64,000 nucleotides of DNA, taken from assembly GCA_041389885.1 (NCBI GenBank), contig JAWKRB010000006.1, positions 67,101-131,100 of the forward strand, in the 5' to 3' direction. The position numbers and the translations under genes are program-made. Shown piece after piece: positions 1 through 8,783 of this stretch (its first letter is position 1; the number at the start of each line of letters is the position of its first letter). The notes beneath the pieces are model-generated. The model searched no databases. It was not told the origin of the DNA and saw nothing but the letters and a program-made list of their open reading frames with translations. This DNA comes from Polyangiales bacterium (GTDB taxonomy: Bacteria > Myxococcota_A > Polyangia > Polyangiales > Ga0077539).

Positions 1-613
1 CGCCGCGCACCTGGGGCTCAGCGCCACCGCCGCGCTCCTGCTCACCGCCATCGCCCTCGCCGCGGACGGCCGCCGCCGGGCCCTCGCCGCCGCCCTGGTC
101 TTCGTGTCGGGCGCGCTCGGGGTCACGCTGAGCGTGGTGCGCATGGGCGCCCGCGCGGCCACCGCCCTCGACGGCCTCGCCCTCGCGGCGGCGCTCTCTT
201 GCGCGCTCCTCGCGCCGGGCGTGCGGAGCTGGGTCTCGCGGCTCCCTCCGGCGGCCCTCGCGGCGGTCGGCGTGCTGCGCCTCGCGGGCCTCGACGCCCT
301 CGCGGCCTCGCACGCGGGGTGGCTCCCCGTGGGCGCGGCGCGCGCCTTCGCGGCCATCGAGGGGGGCGCCGCGGCGCTGGCCGTGGCGGCGGCGCTGCTC
401 GCGGCGCGCAACCCCCGCGCGGCGCGCTGGGTGCTCGCGGCGTCGGTCGTGAGCGCGGCGGCCACCGCGACCCTCGCGCTCCGCGGCGCGCGCCCGCTGC
501 CCGGCTTCGTGGCGCTGTACGTGGGACCTTTGCTCGGGCTCTGCGCGCTCGCCTCGGTCGCCGCGATCGCCGCGCTCGCCGGGGCGAAGACCGACGCGTC
601 GGCGCGGGCCTGA
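1..613 (+). CDS. Integral membrane protein, 5'-truncated at the window edge
   Basis: The frame is open from position 2. The product is Ala/Leu-rich with several hydrophobic helices (ALLLTAIALAADG, LGVTLSVV, LAVAAALLAA). It stops at 611-613. Confidence 0.45.
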   Translation, partial: AAHLGLSATAALLLTAIALAADGRRRALAAALVFVSGALGVTLSVVRMGARAATALDGLALAAALSCALLAPGVRSWVSRLPPAALAAVGVLRLAGLDALAASHAGWLPVGAARAFAAIEGGAAALAVAAALLAARNPRAARWVLAASVVSAAATATLALRGARPLPGFVALYVGPLLGLCALASVAAIAALAGAKTDASARA

Positions 614-746
614 CCACACCCCCTCCCATCGCCGCCCATGGGCGCTCGCTGGCCACATCGGCGCACGAACAATTGCGAGAAGTCCCTAGAACAGAGGCGT
701 TGTGGCGGGTCTACGGCCGCCGCAAGCTCAGCGTCGGAGGTTCGAG

Positions 747-1211
747 ATGAAGTCATCGACGCTCATGGCCCTCAGCGCTCTGCTCCTCGCGGTGTCGGCG
801 GGCGCGCACGTCGGTGCGGCAGACCCGACGCCCGAATCCCTCCGCCGGGCGACGGTCACGCGCCTTCGCCTCCCCGCGCCGCGCGCGGCCTCTGTCGAGC
901 GGGTGCTCACCGCCGAGCGCGTCACGCAGAAGGAGCCCGCGAGCGCCGAGCGTCAGAGCGATCACCACTACCGCGTGACCCTCCCCGCGGGGTGCTCGCG
1001 GCTGGTGGCGGTGGGCGACGGCTCGGTGCGCGACCTCGCCTTCGAGGTGCGGGGGCCTCGCACGATGCGCATGCGGCAAGACGCCGCCCGCGGGGCCATC
1101 GAGGCGGTGTCGGTCTGCGGCGCGGGCGAGGCGAGCTACGAGGTGGTGGTCTCGGCGAAGGGCGCGCAGGCGATCCCGAGCCTGGAGCTGCGCGTGCGCT
1201 CGCCGGGCTGA
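747..1211 (+). CDS. Secreted hypothetical protein
   Basis: ATG at 747 is preceded by GGAGG at 736-740. The N-terminus MKSSTLMALSALLLAVSAGAHVGA is a signal peptide. The 702 start given in the ORF track would add an unnecessary leader. Confidence 0.55.
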   Translation: MKSSTLMALSALLLAVSAGAHVGAADPTPESLRRATVTRLRLPAPRAASVERVLTAERVTQKEPASAERQSDHHYRVTLPAGCSRLVAVGDGSVRDLAFEVRGPRTMRMRQDAARGAIEAVSVCGAGEASYEVVVSAKGAQAIPSLELRVRSPG

Positions 1212-1223
1212 GCGCGGGAGGGT

Positions 1224-1817
1224 TCAGGGGGGCGGGGCGGCGGCGCGCGGGGGCAGGGCGTCGAGCCACGCGGCGAGCCGCAGCAGGATCTCCTCGGTCC
1301 TCGCGCCGCCGGGCTGGCCTCCGAAGATGAGCTGGTGGAGGCCGAGGCCCCACAGCAACGCGAGCACGATGTCGACGTCGACGTCGTCGAGGGAGCGTCC
1401 CATCGAGACGGCCACGGTGCCCCGCAAGAACCCGCTGTTCTCACGGAGGACCTTCTGGAGCTCGGGGTCGTCCTCGGCCTCGACGAGCAACCCGAGGAGC
1501 ATGCGCGTGCGCGCGCGATCTTCGAGCAGCGGGCGCAGCATCGCGAGCACCCGGCTCCGCGTCGACTGGTCGCGCACCACGCCGAGCGAATCCCCATAGA
1601 GCCCCCGAAGCTGCTCCAGGACCACCGCGAGCGAGTGCCGCCCCACCGCCACCAGCAGGTCGGTGCGGCGCGGGAAGTAATAGGTCAGGTGGCTCTGGAG
1701 CACCCCCGCGCCCCGGGCCACCCGCACCCCGCTCAGCGCCTTGATGCCGCCCTCGCGCAGCAGGCGCACCCCGGCATCCAGAATCCGCTCTCGAACGCCT
1801 TCGGGGTCACGGCTCAT
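1224..1817 (-). CDS. TetR/AcrR-family transcriptional regulator
   Basis: The N-terminal HTH reads RERILDAGVRLLREGGIKALSGVRVARGAGVLQSHLTYYFPRRTDLL, the typical TetR signature. It is divergent from the lipoprotein gene, and a palindrome sits in the shared intergenic region. Confidence 0.8.
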   Translation of the reverse strand: MSRDPEGVRERILDAGVRLLREGGIKALSGVRVARGAGVLQSHLTYYFPRRTDLLVAVGRHSLAVVLEQLRGLYGDSLGVVRDQSTRSRVLAMLRPLLEDRARTRMLLGLLVEAEDDPELQKVLRENSGFLRGTVAVSMGRSLDDVDVDIVLALLWGLGLHQLIFGGQPGGARTEEILLRLAAWLDALPPRAAAPPP

Positions 1818-1902
1818 CGCCCGGCACTCTATCACCCCAAGGGACCGCGACTTCACCGCCGCACCCCGCGCGCACGCGGTTCGCGTGACAGCGCACGGCT
1901 TT

Positions 1903-1920
1903 CTTGGTAGCTCTACCAGG
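1903..1920. promoter_or_regulatory. Candidate TetR operator (inverted repeat TGGTAG-CT-CTACCA)
   Basis: CTTGGTAGCTCTACCAGG lies between the divergent tetR gene (start 1817) and the lipoprotein gene (start 1921). It is a near-perfect palindrome containing A/T, which is rare in this GC-rich background. Confidence 0.35.
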
Positions 1921-2556
1921 ATGCTGCGACCTCGGTTCTCTCATGCGCTGGTTCTGGTCCTCGCGGGCTGCGGGTCGTCGTCGAGCGACGACGCCGCGGT
2001 GACGACCGACGCGACGACCCTCGACGCGTCGAGCGACGTGGGCGAGGTCGACGCGGGGGCGTGCGTGCTGACGCCGCCGTCGGCGACGCTGCCGATGGTC
2101 GACGGCGGGGTGATCATCGAGGGCGGCGACGCGGGCGCGCTGCCGACGCCGTCGGGGGGTGATCCTACGGGGCGTTGGCTCATCGACGACGCGACGCTGT
2201 ACCTCCCGGCCGCGGCGCAGGGGCAGGTCGACCCGTCGATGTCATGGGTGCGCGGTACGGGCTGGGCGACGCTCGAGGGCGGCGCGTATCAGCTCTCGAC
2301 CGACCTCGGGTTTCGCGTCGAGTCGGTGGTGGGAGGGCTCACCCGCGGGGTGGTCCTCGGCGGGCGCGGTCGATACGAGGTGCGGGGCACCGAGCTCGCG
2401 CTCACGCCCGAGTGCACGACGTCGCCTGCGGCGGCGGGGTCTCTGGGCGCCTTTCGCTTCTCCCGCGACGCGCCCGACCGCGGCCGTCTGTTCATCGAGG
2501 TGTCCGGCATGGCGGGCCGGCTCAACCTCGTCTTTCGTCTTCAGCGCGCGCAGTAG
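1921..2556 (+). CDS. Lipoprotein, hypothetical
   Basis: ATG at 1921. MLRPRFSHALVLVLAGCGSSSS carries a lipobox (LAGC). Confidence 0.6.
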   Translation: MLRPRFSHALVLVLAGCGSSSSDDAAVTTDATTLDASSDVGEVDAGACVLTPPSATLPMVDGGVIIEGGDAGALPTPSGGDPTGRWLIDDATLYLPAAAQGQVDPSMSWVRGTGWATLEGGAYQLSTDLGFRVESVVGGLTRGVVLGGRGRYEVRGTELALTPECTTSPAAAGSLGAFRFSRDAPDRGRLFIEVSGMAGRLNLVFRLQRAQ

Positions 2557-2574
2557 TTCTCAGGAGGACCCACG

Positions 2575-3843
2575 ATGAACCTCGATCGACGTCTCGCCTT
2601 CGCCGCCGTCTCGTTCTTGGGCTGCTCGTCGGAGCCCGCCACCGAGGCCACGTCGCTGCCGCCCGACGTCGCGCGGGTGATCCAGTCGCAGTGCGCGCCG
2701 TGTCACACCTCGCCGCCGCGCTATGGCGCGCCGATGCCGCTGACGAGCTACGCCGACACCCAGCGCGCGTCGCTGAGCAACCCCGCGCGGCCGGTCTGGC
2801 AGCTCATGGGCGAGCGGGTGCACGACGACGCTCGGCCCATGCCCCCGAGCCGGCTGAACGCTGAAGACCTCGGGGTGATCGACCGCTGGGTCGCCGCGGG
2901 CGCGCCGGGGTGCGCGGGGTCGAGCTGCGGGAGCGTGAGCGCCGCGCCGGCCCCCTCCTCGCCGCCGCTGCCGTGCACGCCGTCGCACCAGTTCACCGCG
3001 CACGCCGCCGGGGGCGCCGGCGCCTATCGCGTGCCCGGCTCGTCGGGGAACCTGAACAAGTGCTTCGCGTTCCGCTCGCCCTTCAACGGCGCCACGCAGG
3101 CGACGGCCTTCGCGGCGCGGGTCGACAACGCGCGGGTGCTGCACCACCTGATCCTCTTCGGCACCGACACGCCGCAGCGCGACGGCGAGGTCTTCGACTG
3201 CGACGGCAACATGCCCCGCGACGCTCGCTTTCTCGCGGGCTGGGCGCCGGGCAACCAGGGCTCGGTGATGCCCGACGACGTCGGCGTCGAGCTGCCGGGC
3301 TCGACCGGCTGGTTCATCCTCCAGGTGCACTACTGGAGCACCACCCCCGAGGCCGCCGACGACACGAGCGGCATTCGCCTCTGCACCACCGACACGCCGC
3401 GCCCCCACGTCGCGGCGGTGCACATGCTGGGGAGCCTCGACATCGCGATCCCGCCGCGCTCGCAGGCGACCGAGGTCCGCGGCGACTGCGTGCCCGTGGC
3501 GACCGGGCCCGTGCACGTCCTCGGCGCGACCGCGCACATGCACCGCCTCGGCCGCTCGCTGCGCACCGAGATCCTGCGCTCAGGCGGCGGCACCGACATG
3601 ATGCTCGACGTGCCGAGCTACAGCTTCGACAACCAGGTGAGCACCCCCCTCGACCTGGTGATCATGCCGGGCGACCGCCTGCGCACGACCTGCACCTTTC
3701 AGAACCCCACCAACGCCACGACCTACTTCGGCGAGCGCACCGAAGACGAGATGTGCTTCAACTTCGTGCTCGCCTGGCCCGCGGGGGGCCTCTCTGACGC
3801 GAGCGGCGGCTCGAGCCGCAGGTGCATCCGCACGGCGCGGTGA
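2575..3843 (+). CDS. Lipoprotein with an N-terminal CxxCH haem-binding motif and His-rich monooxygenase-like motifs
   Basis: MNLDRRLAFAAVSFLGCSS is a lipobox. QSQCAPCHTSPP is a CxxCH motif. Later HHLILFG, VHYW and TAHMHRLG recall the HxH…M ligand sets of type-II copper monooxygenases. Calling the fold is inference. Confidence 0.5.
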   Translation: MNLDRRLAFAAVSFLGCSSEPATEATSLPPDVARVIQSQCAPCHTSPPRYGAPMPLTSYADTQRASLSNPARPVWQLMGERVHDDARPMPPSRLNAEDLGVIDRWVAAGAPGCAGSSCGSVSAAPAPSSPPLPCTPSHQFTAHAAGGAGAYRVPGSSGNLNKCFAFRSPFNGATQATAFAARVDNARVLHHLILFGTDTPQRDGEVFDCDGNMPRDARFLAGWAPGNQGSVMPDDVGVELPGSTGWFILQVHYWSTTPEAADDTSGIRLCTTDTPRPHVAAVHMLGSLDIAIPPRSQATEVRGDCVPVATGPVHVLGATAHMHRLGRSLRTEILRSGGGTDMMLDVPSYSFDNQVSTPLDLVIMPGDRLRTTCTFQNPTNATTYFGERTEDEMCFNFVLAWPAGGLSDASGGSSRRCIRTAR

Positions 3844-3855
3844 TACCATCGCGCC

Positions 3856-4200
3856 GTGTCTTCAGACGAGCTCTCGCGTCGGTTGAGCGAACTCAAGCTT
3901 CGGCGTGACAAGGTCTTCGCGCGCGTCTCGTGGTGGGAGAACCACCGCGCCGGCGCGCTGATGCCGATGGCCGCGCTCAGCTTCGCCGCGGGCTACGCCG
4001 CGGGCTACGGCGCGCACCTGGCCTTCTCGGTACCCTACCAGGTGGGCTACCTCGCGGGCGTCGCCAGCATGTTCGGCGCGGGGCGGGCGGTGGAGCGGTA
4101 CACCAACCCCGCGCAGCTCCCGCTCCTCGACGTGCTGGTGGCGAAGGCCGAGCGGCAGCTCAGAGAAGCGACGCGAGAAAGCCCCGCAGCGCGCGGTTGA
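3856..4200 (+). CDS. Small membrane protein, hypothetical
   Basis: The 114-aa product has a Gly/Ala-rich TM segment (LMPMAALSFAAGYAAGYGAHLAF…YLAGVASMFGAG). It is convergent with the hydrolase gene and its coding status is uncertain. Confidence 0.3.
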   Translation: MSSDELSRRLSELKLRRDKVFARVSWWENHRAGALMPMAALSFAAGYAAGYGAHLAFSVPYQVGYLAGVASMFGAGRAVERYTNPAQLPLLDVLVAKAERQLREATRESPAARG

Positions 4201-4914
4201 ACGCCTCGGGGGCCTCGAGGTTGGTCATGTGGCCCGCCCCGGCGATCTCGACCACCGCCGCGCCGGGGACCCGCGCGGCCATCGCCGCGTGCTCGGCCGG
4301 GGGCGTGACCGCGTCGTGCTCGCCGACGACGAAGAGCGTCGGGACCTTCACGCCCGGCAGGAGCTCCGTGGCGTCGGGGCGGTCGCGCATCGCGCGCAGG
4401 GCGAAGGCGATCGCCTCGGGGCGCTGCGCCGCGCCGAGCTCGCGCACCCGGTCCCGCGCGGACGCGGGGGCGCTCGGCGCGAGGAGGGCGGGGAGCATCT
4501 TCTCCACCAGCGCCGCCGCGCCGTGGCGGCTCACGAGGCTGCTGTTGAGGATCCGCCCGGCCTTCACCGCGGGGGGGTCGCCCGCGGCGCGGGTGTCGGC
4601 GAGCACCAGCGCGCGGAGCAGGCGCGGGTGCCGCGCGAGGAGCCGCAGCGCGACGTAGCCGCCGAGGCTGAGCCCGACGACCACGGCGGGGGGGCGACCC
4701 TCGAGGGCGCGCGCGACCGCGCTCGCGTACACGTCGAGACTCGGGGTCACGTCGGGGCCCGGGAGCGGCGCGGCGCCGAAGCCGGGGAGGTCCGGCGCGA
4801 GGCAGGTCCACCCGTCGAGGGAGAGCGCCTCGACCTGCGCGGACCACATGCGCGCGTCGAGCGGAAACGAGTGAAGAAACATCACCGGAGGACGCGACGC
4901 GCTCATCGCGCGCA
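4160..4914 (-). CDS. Alpha/beta-fold hydrolase
   Basis: VMFLHSFPLDARMW is followed by the GLSLGG nucleophile elbow (GxSxG), and later EHDAVTP and AGHMTNLE give the acid/His. The start codon on the minus strand is near 4905-4914. The ORF track's N-terminal extension is low-complexity and not used. Confidence 0.75.
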
Positions 4915-4934
4915 TGCTACCCGAGGCTGCGGTC

Positions 4935-6293
4935 ATGCGTCGCTCGACACGAACCCTCGCGCTCTCGGTCGCGCTCCTCGCGGGCGGGGCGGCGCGCGGC
5001 AACGGGCGCTTTCCGACGGCGCAGCAGGTGGTCTTCGGCGCGGGCGAGCACGCCGGGCGGGTGACCTTCAGGGTGACCTTCGGGCTCCTGGTCTCGAACG
5101 ACGACGCGCGGAGCTTTCGGTGGCTCTGCGAAGAGGCGATGTTCTCGCCCGCCACGCCCGGCCCCGCCGTCGACCCCGCGGTGGAGATCGACGCGCAGGG
5201 GCGAACCCTCTTCGGGTACGGCAGCGGCGTGCGCGCGTGGAGCCCCGACGCGTGCGGGGTGCGCGTGCTCCCTGACCTCGCCGAGCGCGAGGTGATCGAC
5301 CTCGCCATCACCCCCGACCTCCGCACGATCTACGGCGTCGAGACCACCCCAGGGACGCGGCAGTGGGTGCTCCGCGCGAGCGCCGACGACCTCGCGTTCA
5401 CCCGCCAGGGCGCGGGCGTCGCCGGCGTGCGCCTCTCGACCCTCGACGTCGCGCCCTCGGACCCGCGGCGACTCTACGTCGGCGGGCTCGACGAGGGCAC
5501 GCGCGCCCCCGTCGTGCTGCGCAGCGACGACGCGGGCGAGACGCTGCTCCCGGTGAACCTCGCGCCGTCGCTCCTCGGCGACGAGGCCTTCGTCGCAGGC
5601 GTCGACCCGGTCACCGCGGACAATTTCTGGTTGCGTACCAACAGCGGCCTCGGCTCGACCCTGGTGCGCGTGCGCGGCGTGCAGGCGGAGGTCGTGGCGA
5701 GGAGCAGTGACGCGATGCTGGGCTTCGCCCGCTCGGGCGACGGGCGCACCGTCTGGTACGGCTCCGTGGCGGGGGGGCTGTTTCGATCGACCGACGGGGG
5801 AGACCTCTTCGAGCGCGTGAGCGAGCTCGCGATCTACTGCCTCGCCGTGAGGGAGGGCGAGCTCTGGGCCTGCGGAGACTGGCTGCGCGGTCCCTTCGCG
5901 CTGGGGCGGTCCGTCGACGGCGGGCGAAGCTTCACCCCGGTGCTGCGCTTCGAAGACGTCGCGGGCCCGGTGACCTGCGCGGGGGAGGGGGCCGCGAGCT
6001 GCGAGCCCCGCTGGCCCACGCTCCGCGACGACCTGCTCACGCCCCCCAGGCGCGACGCGGGCGCGCAAGACGCCGCCGCCCGCGACGCCGCCCGCGACGC
6101 CCCGAGCGCCGACGCCGGGGCCCTCGGCGAGCTCCGACCGCCCCCGCCGTCAGGGGGCTGCGCGTGCTCCGCGGTCGCCCCAGCCCGACGCCGTCCGCTG
6201 GCCCTCGCGCTCCTCGCCGCGGGGTGGACGATCGCCCGACGACGCCGTCGAAGCCGGGCCTCGGTGATTGCATTTGCGACACATTTGCAATAG
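4935..6293 (+). CDS. Secreted BNR/Asp-box beta-propeller protein with a MYXO-CTERM sorting tail
   Basis: Signal peptide MRRSTRTLALSVALLAGGAARG. Asp-box repeats LRSDDAGETL, FRSTDGGDLF and GRSVDGGRSF match SxDxGxT/F. The C-terminus GGCACSAVAPARRRPLALALLAAGWTIARRRRR is a Cys-containing segment, then a hydrophobic stretch, then a poly-Arg tail, which is the MYXO-CTERM pattern. Confidence 0.7.
   Translation: MRRSTRTLALSVALLAGGAARGNGRFPTAQQVVFGAGEHAGRVTFRVTFGLLVSNDDARSFRWLCEEAMFSPATPGPAVDPAVEIDAQGRTLFGYGSGVRAWSPDACGVRVLPDLAEREVIDLAITPDLRTIYGVETTPGTRQWVLRASADDLAFTRQGAGVAGVRLSTLDVAPSDPRRLYVGGLDEGTRAPVVLRSDDAGETLLPVNLAPSLLGDEAFVAGVDPVTADNFWLRTNSGLGSTLVRVRGVQAEVVARSSDAMLGFARSGDGRTVWYGSVAGGLFRSTDGGDLFERVSELAIYCLAVREGELWACGDWLRGPFALGRSVDGGRSFTPVLRFEDVAGPVTCAGEGAASCEPRWPTLRDDLLTPPRRDAGAQDAAARDAARDAPSADAGALGELRPPPPSGGCACSAVAPARRRPLALALLAAGWTIARRRRRSRASVIAFATHLQ
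6266..6293. promoter_or_regulatory. AT-containing repeat GATTGCATTTGCGACACATTTGCAATAG upstream of the Fur-family gene; candidate Fur/Zur box
   Basis: This is the lowest-GC stretch for several kb. It holds repeated CATTTGC/TTGCAA units 70-100 bp upstream of the Fur-family start codon. Related ATTGCA motifs occur at 9601 and 18856. Confidence 0.35.
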
Positions 6294-6362
6294 AGAGCCC
6301 CCTGCGCTCTGCTTCTGGGCTGTGCGTCGGTTTCGGTCGCGATGACACGTTGGAGGGCGACG

Positions 6363-6809
6363 ATGGCGAGCAAGGTGAGTTCAACGCCCGAGGAGGTTCG
6401 ACGGTTGATTCGCGACGCGGGGCTGCGGGTGACGTCGCCGCGGGTGGCGGTGCTGCTTCGCATGGAGCAGACGCAGGGGCCCGTGACCCACGCTGACATC
6501 GCCGACGCGCTCTCGCCTCAGGGCTGGGACCGGGCGACGATCTACCGCAACCTGACCGACCTCACCGAGGCGGGGCTGCTGCGGCGCACCGACATGGGCG
6601 ACCACGTGTGGCGCTTCGAGCTGGCGCGGGGCGACGCGAAGGGCCACGAGAGCGGGCTGCACCCGCATTTCGTGTGCAACGCCTGCGGCGACGTGACCTG
6701 CCTCGAAGACGACGCGATCGAGATCCAGGTCGGTCGCGGCGCGCCGAAGTCGCTGCGCGGGCTCGAGGTGGAGATTCAGGTCAAGGGGCGATGTGATAAC
6801 TGCGCCTGA
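6363..6809 (+). CDS. Fur-family metalloregulator (Zur/Fur-like)
   Basis: RVTSPRVAVLLRMEQTQGPVTHADIADAL…ATIYRNLTDLTEAGLL is a winged-helix DNA-binding domain. HPHFVCNACGDVTC and the C-terminal GRCDNCA are the Fur-family metal-site Cys/His clusters. The gene sits directly upstream of a metal permease. Confidence 0.8.
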   Translation: MASKVSSTPEEVRRLIRDAGLRVTSPRVAVLLRMEQTQGPVTHADIADALSPQGWDRATIYRNLTDLTEAGLLRRTDMGDHVWRFELARGDAKGHESGLHPHFVCNACGDVTCLEDDAIEIQVGRGAPKSLRGLEVEIQVKGRCDNCA

Positions 6810-6812
6810 CCC

Positions 6813-8552
6813 TTGAACGCCTCCCTCGCAACGACGCTCGGACTCTCCCTCGCCGGGCTCTCGGTGGGCCCTTGCCTCGTGGCGCTGGGGCGCTCCCGGG
6901 GGCGTTGGCGCGCGGGGGTCGAGGGCTTCTCCCTCGCGGTGGTCCCGGGGCTGATCGCGCTGCGGCTGTTCCCGCACGTGCTGGAGGAGCTCGGGGCGCT
7001 GGCCTTCGGCCTCGCCGCCGCGGGCTACCTCGCGCTGCGCCTGGCCGACCGACACGACCACGCGCGCGCGGATCACGCCTCGGGGGCGACCGCCGTGGGC
7101 GTCGCCATCGTGCTCCCCGCGCTCATCGCGCACGCGTTCACCGACGGCGCGGCGCTGGCGATGGCGGGCGCGTCGGGGGGGCGCGCGCACATGGGCCCCG
7201 AGCTCGCGGGCGCGCTGGTGCTCCACCGGCTGCCCGAGGGGATGTTCCTCGCCACGGCCCTGGTGCCGGCGCTGGGTTGGCGGCGCACGATCCACCGGCT
7301 CATGGCGATGGGGCTGGCGACGGTGCTCGGGGCCGCGCTGGGCGAGTCGCTCCTGCGCAGCGTGCCCGACGCGCTCTTCGACGGGGTGATGGCCTTTGGG
7401 CTCGGCGCCATGCTCCGCCTCGCGGTGCACGCGCACGACGCGGGGCCCGACGGCGCGAGCGCCCGCGCGGCGTCGGGGGCGGCGTTTCTCCTGGGCGTCG
7501 CGGCGCTGTTGGTCATCCCCGACCCCCACTCGATCCTCGACGCGGCGCACCCGCTGGAGCTCTCCTTCGCCCGCGCGGCGGTGGCGCTCTTCGTCGAGTC
7601 GGCGCCGGCGGTGCTGCTGGGCATCGTGGTGGCCGCGGCGGTTCGGCGCGTGCGCCTGCCCTTCCCTGGCTCTCGCCTGGCCGTCGAGGGGCGCTGGCGT
7701 CAGGCCGCGCAGGGGGTGATCTTCGGACTGCCGATGCCCATGTGCTCGTGCGGCGCGGTCCCCTCGGCGCGGGAGCTGCTGGGGCAGGGCGCGCCGCTGG
7801 GGGCGGTGCTGGCCTTCTTGATCGCCGCGCCCGAGCTCGACCTCGGCGCGATCGCGCTGTCGCAGGGTCTCCTGGGTCACGAGGTCACCCTCCTGCGCGT
7901 CGCGGCGGGGGCCCTCACGGCCCTGCTCGTCGGCGCCGCGCTGGGAGGCGCCGAGACGCCGCGGCCGCTGCCCGCCGCTCCGGTCGAGCCTGACCGCGGC
8001 GTGCTGCACGGCACCGCGCGCGCGACCGACCAGATCGCCGCGTGGTTCGTGCTGGGCATCGTCGCCGCGGCGACCCTCGAGGCGGCGGTGGCCCCGGGCG
8101 CTCTCGCCTCGGCGCCGAAGGCGCTGCGCTACGCCTTCGCGCTCCTCGGGGCGCTGCCGATGTACCTCGCGCCGCACGCGTCGATCCCCGTGGCCGCGGT
8201 GCTGGTTCACAAGGGGCTGGGTCTCGGTCCGGCGGTGGCGCTGCTCATGGGCGCGTCGGGGGCCAACTCGTGGGTCCTGCGGCTCATCGCCGAGGCGCGA
8301 GGGCGAGCCGCGGCCGCGCGCTTCGGCGCCGCGATGCTGGCGACCTCGGTGCTCGTGGGCGCGGCGCTGGAGCGGCTGGTGGCGGCCGACGCGATCCCCG
8401 AGGTGCACGCGCTCGCGGCGCACGACCACGGGGTCGTCGAGGTGGCCTCGGCGGTGGCGCTGGGCGCGTTGCTGGTCGGGAGCGTGCTGCGCAGCGGTCC
8501 TCGGCAGTGGTTCAAATCGTTGCAGCCGGTGCGGGCGGAGCACACGCACTGA
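6813..8552 (+). CDS. Polytopic metal permease: N-terminal ZIP-like half fused to a C-terminal DUF318/ArsP-family permease half
   Basis: The N-half has IAHAFTDGAALA and LHRLPEGMFLATAL, which resemble the ZIP motifs HxxxEG and HxxPEG. The C-half has GLPMPMCSCGAVPSARELLGQG, the conserved Cys motif of the PF03773 (YraQ/ArsP) permeases. It starts 4 nt after the Fur-family gene ends. Confidence 0.6.
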   Translation: MNASLATTLGLSLAGLSVGPCLVALGRSRGRWRAGVEGFSLAVVPGLIALRLFPHVLEELGALAFGLAAAGYLALRLADRHDHARADHASGATAVGVAIVLPALIAHAFTDGAALAMAGASGGRAHMGPELAGALVLHRLPEGMFLATALVPALGWRRTIHRLMAMGLATVLGAALGESLLRSVPDALFDGVMAFGLGAMLRLAVHAHDAGPDGASARAASGAAFLLGVAALLVIPDPHSILDAAHPLELSFARAAVALFVESAPAVLLGIVVAAAVRRVRLPFPGSRLAVEGRWRQAAQGVIFGLPMPMCSCGAVPSARELLGQGAPLGAVLAFLIAAPELDLGAIALSQGLLGHEVTLLRVAAGALTALLVGAALGGAETPRPLPAAPVEPDRGVLHGTARATDQIAAWFVLGIVAAATLEAAVAPGALASAPKALRYAFALLGALPMYLAPHASIPVAAVLVHKGLGLGPAVALLMGASGANSWVLRLIAEARGRAAAARFGAAMLATSVLVGAALERLVAADAIPEVHALAAHDHGVVEVASAVALGALLVGSVLRSGPRQWFKSLQPVRAEHTH

Positions 8553-8783
8553 GCCGCGCTCCGCGCGGTCGACGGCGCACGACCTCGAGGCGTTGCCAGT
8601 ACCTCTCGACAGGGGCTTGGAAGGGTTCCGCGCGAGGGCCGGGACCACGCTCCGCGCTGCCGCGCCCCCTTCTCCCAAGGGCGCGAGGTAGCGCGGTGCG
8701 GGCCCGCGGCGGAGGCGTCGAGGCGGGGGAGCTCGGGGTCCACGGCGTTGCGCGAGCTTCGCGCGCCGCGGGGCGTGAAGCGC

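Noticed and set aside
1871-1890. CACGCG-GTT-CGCGTG palindrome upstream of tetR
   Set aside because: It is composed only of CG-type hexamers, and such palindromes arise frequently by chance in 72% GC DNA. The adjacent TGGTAG palindrome is the better operator candidate.
8560-8600. GC-rich dyad CCGCGCTCCGCGCGG after the permease gene as a possible intrinsic terminator
   Set aside because: There is no following U-tract and the loop is only 2 nt, so a terminator call cannot be supported from sequence alone.
6381-8678. 765-aa minus-strand ORF opposite the Fur-family and permease genes
   Set aside because: It is antisense to two motif-supported genes and its product is R/G/E/P low-complexity.
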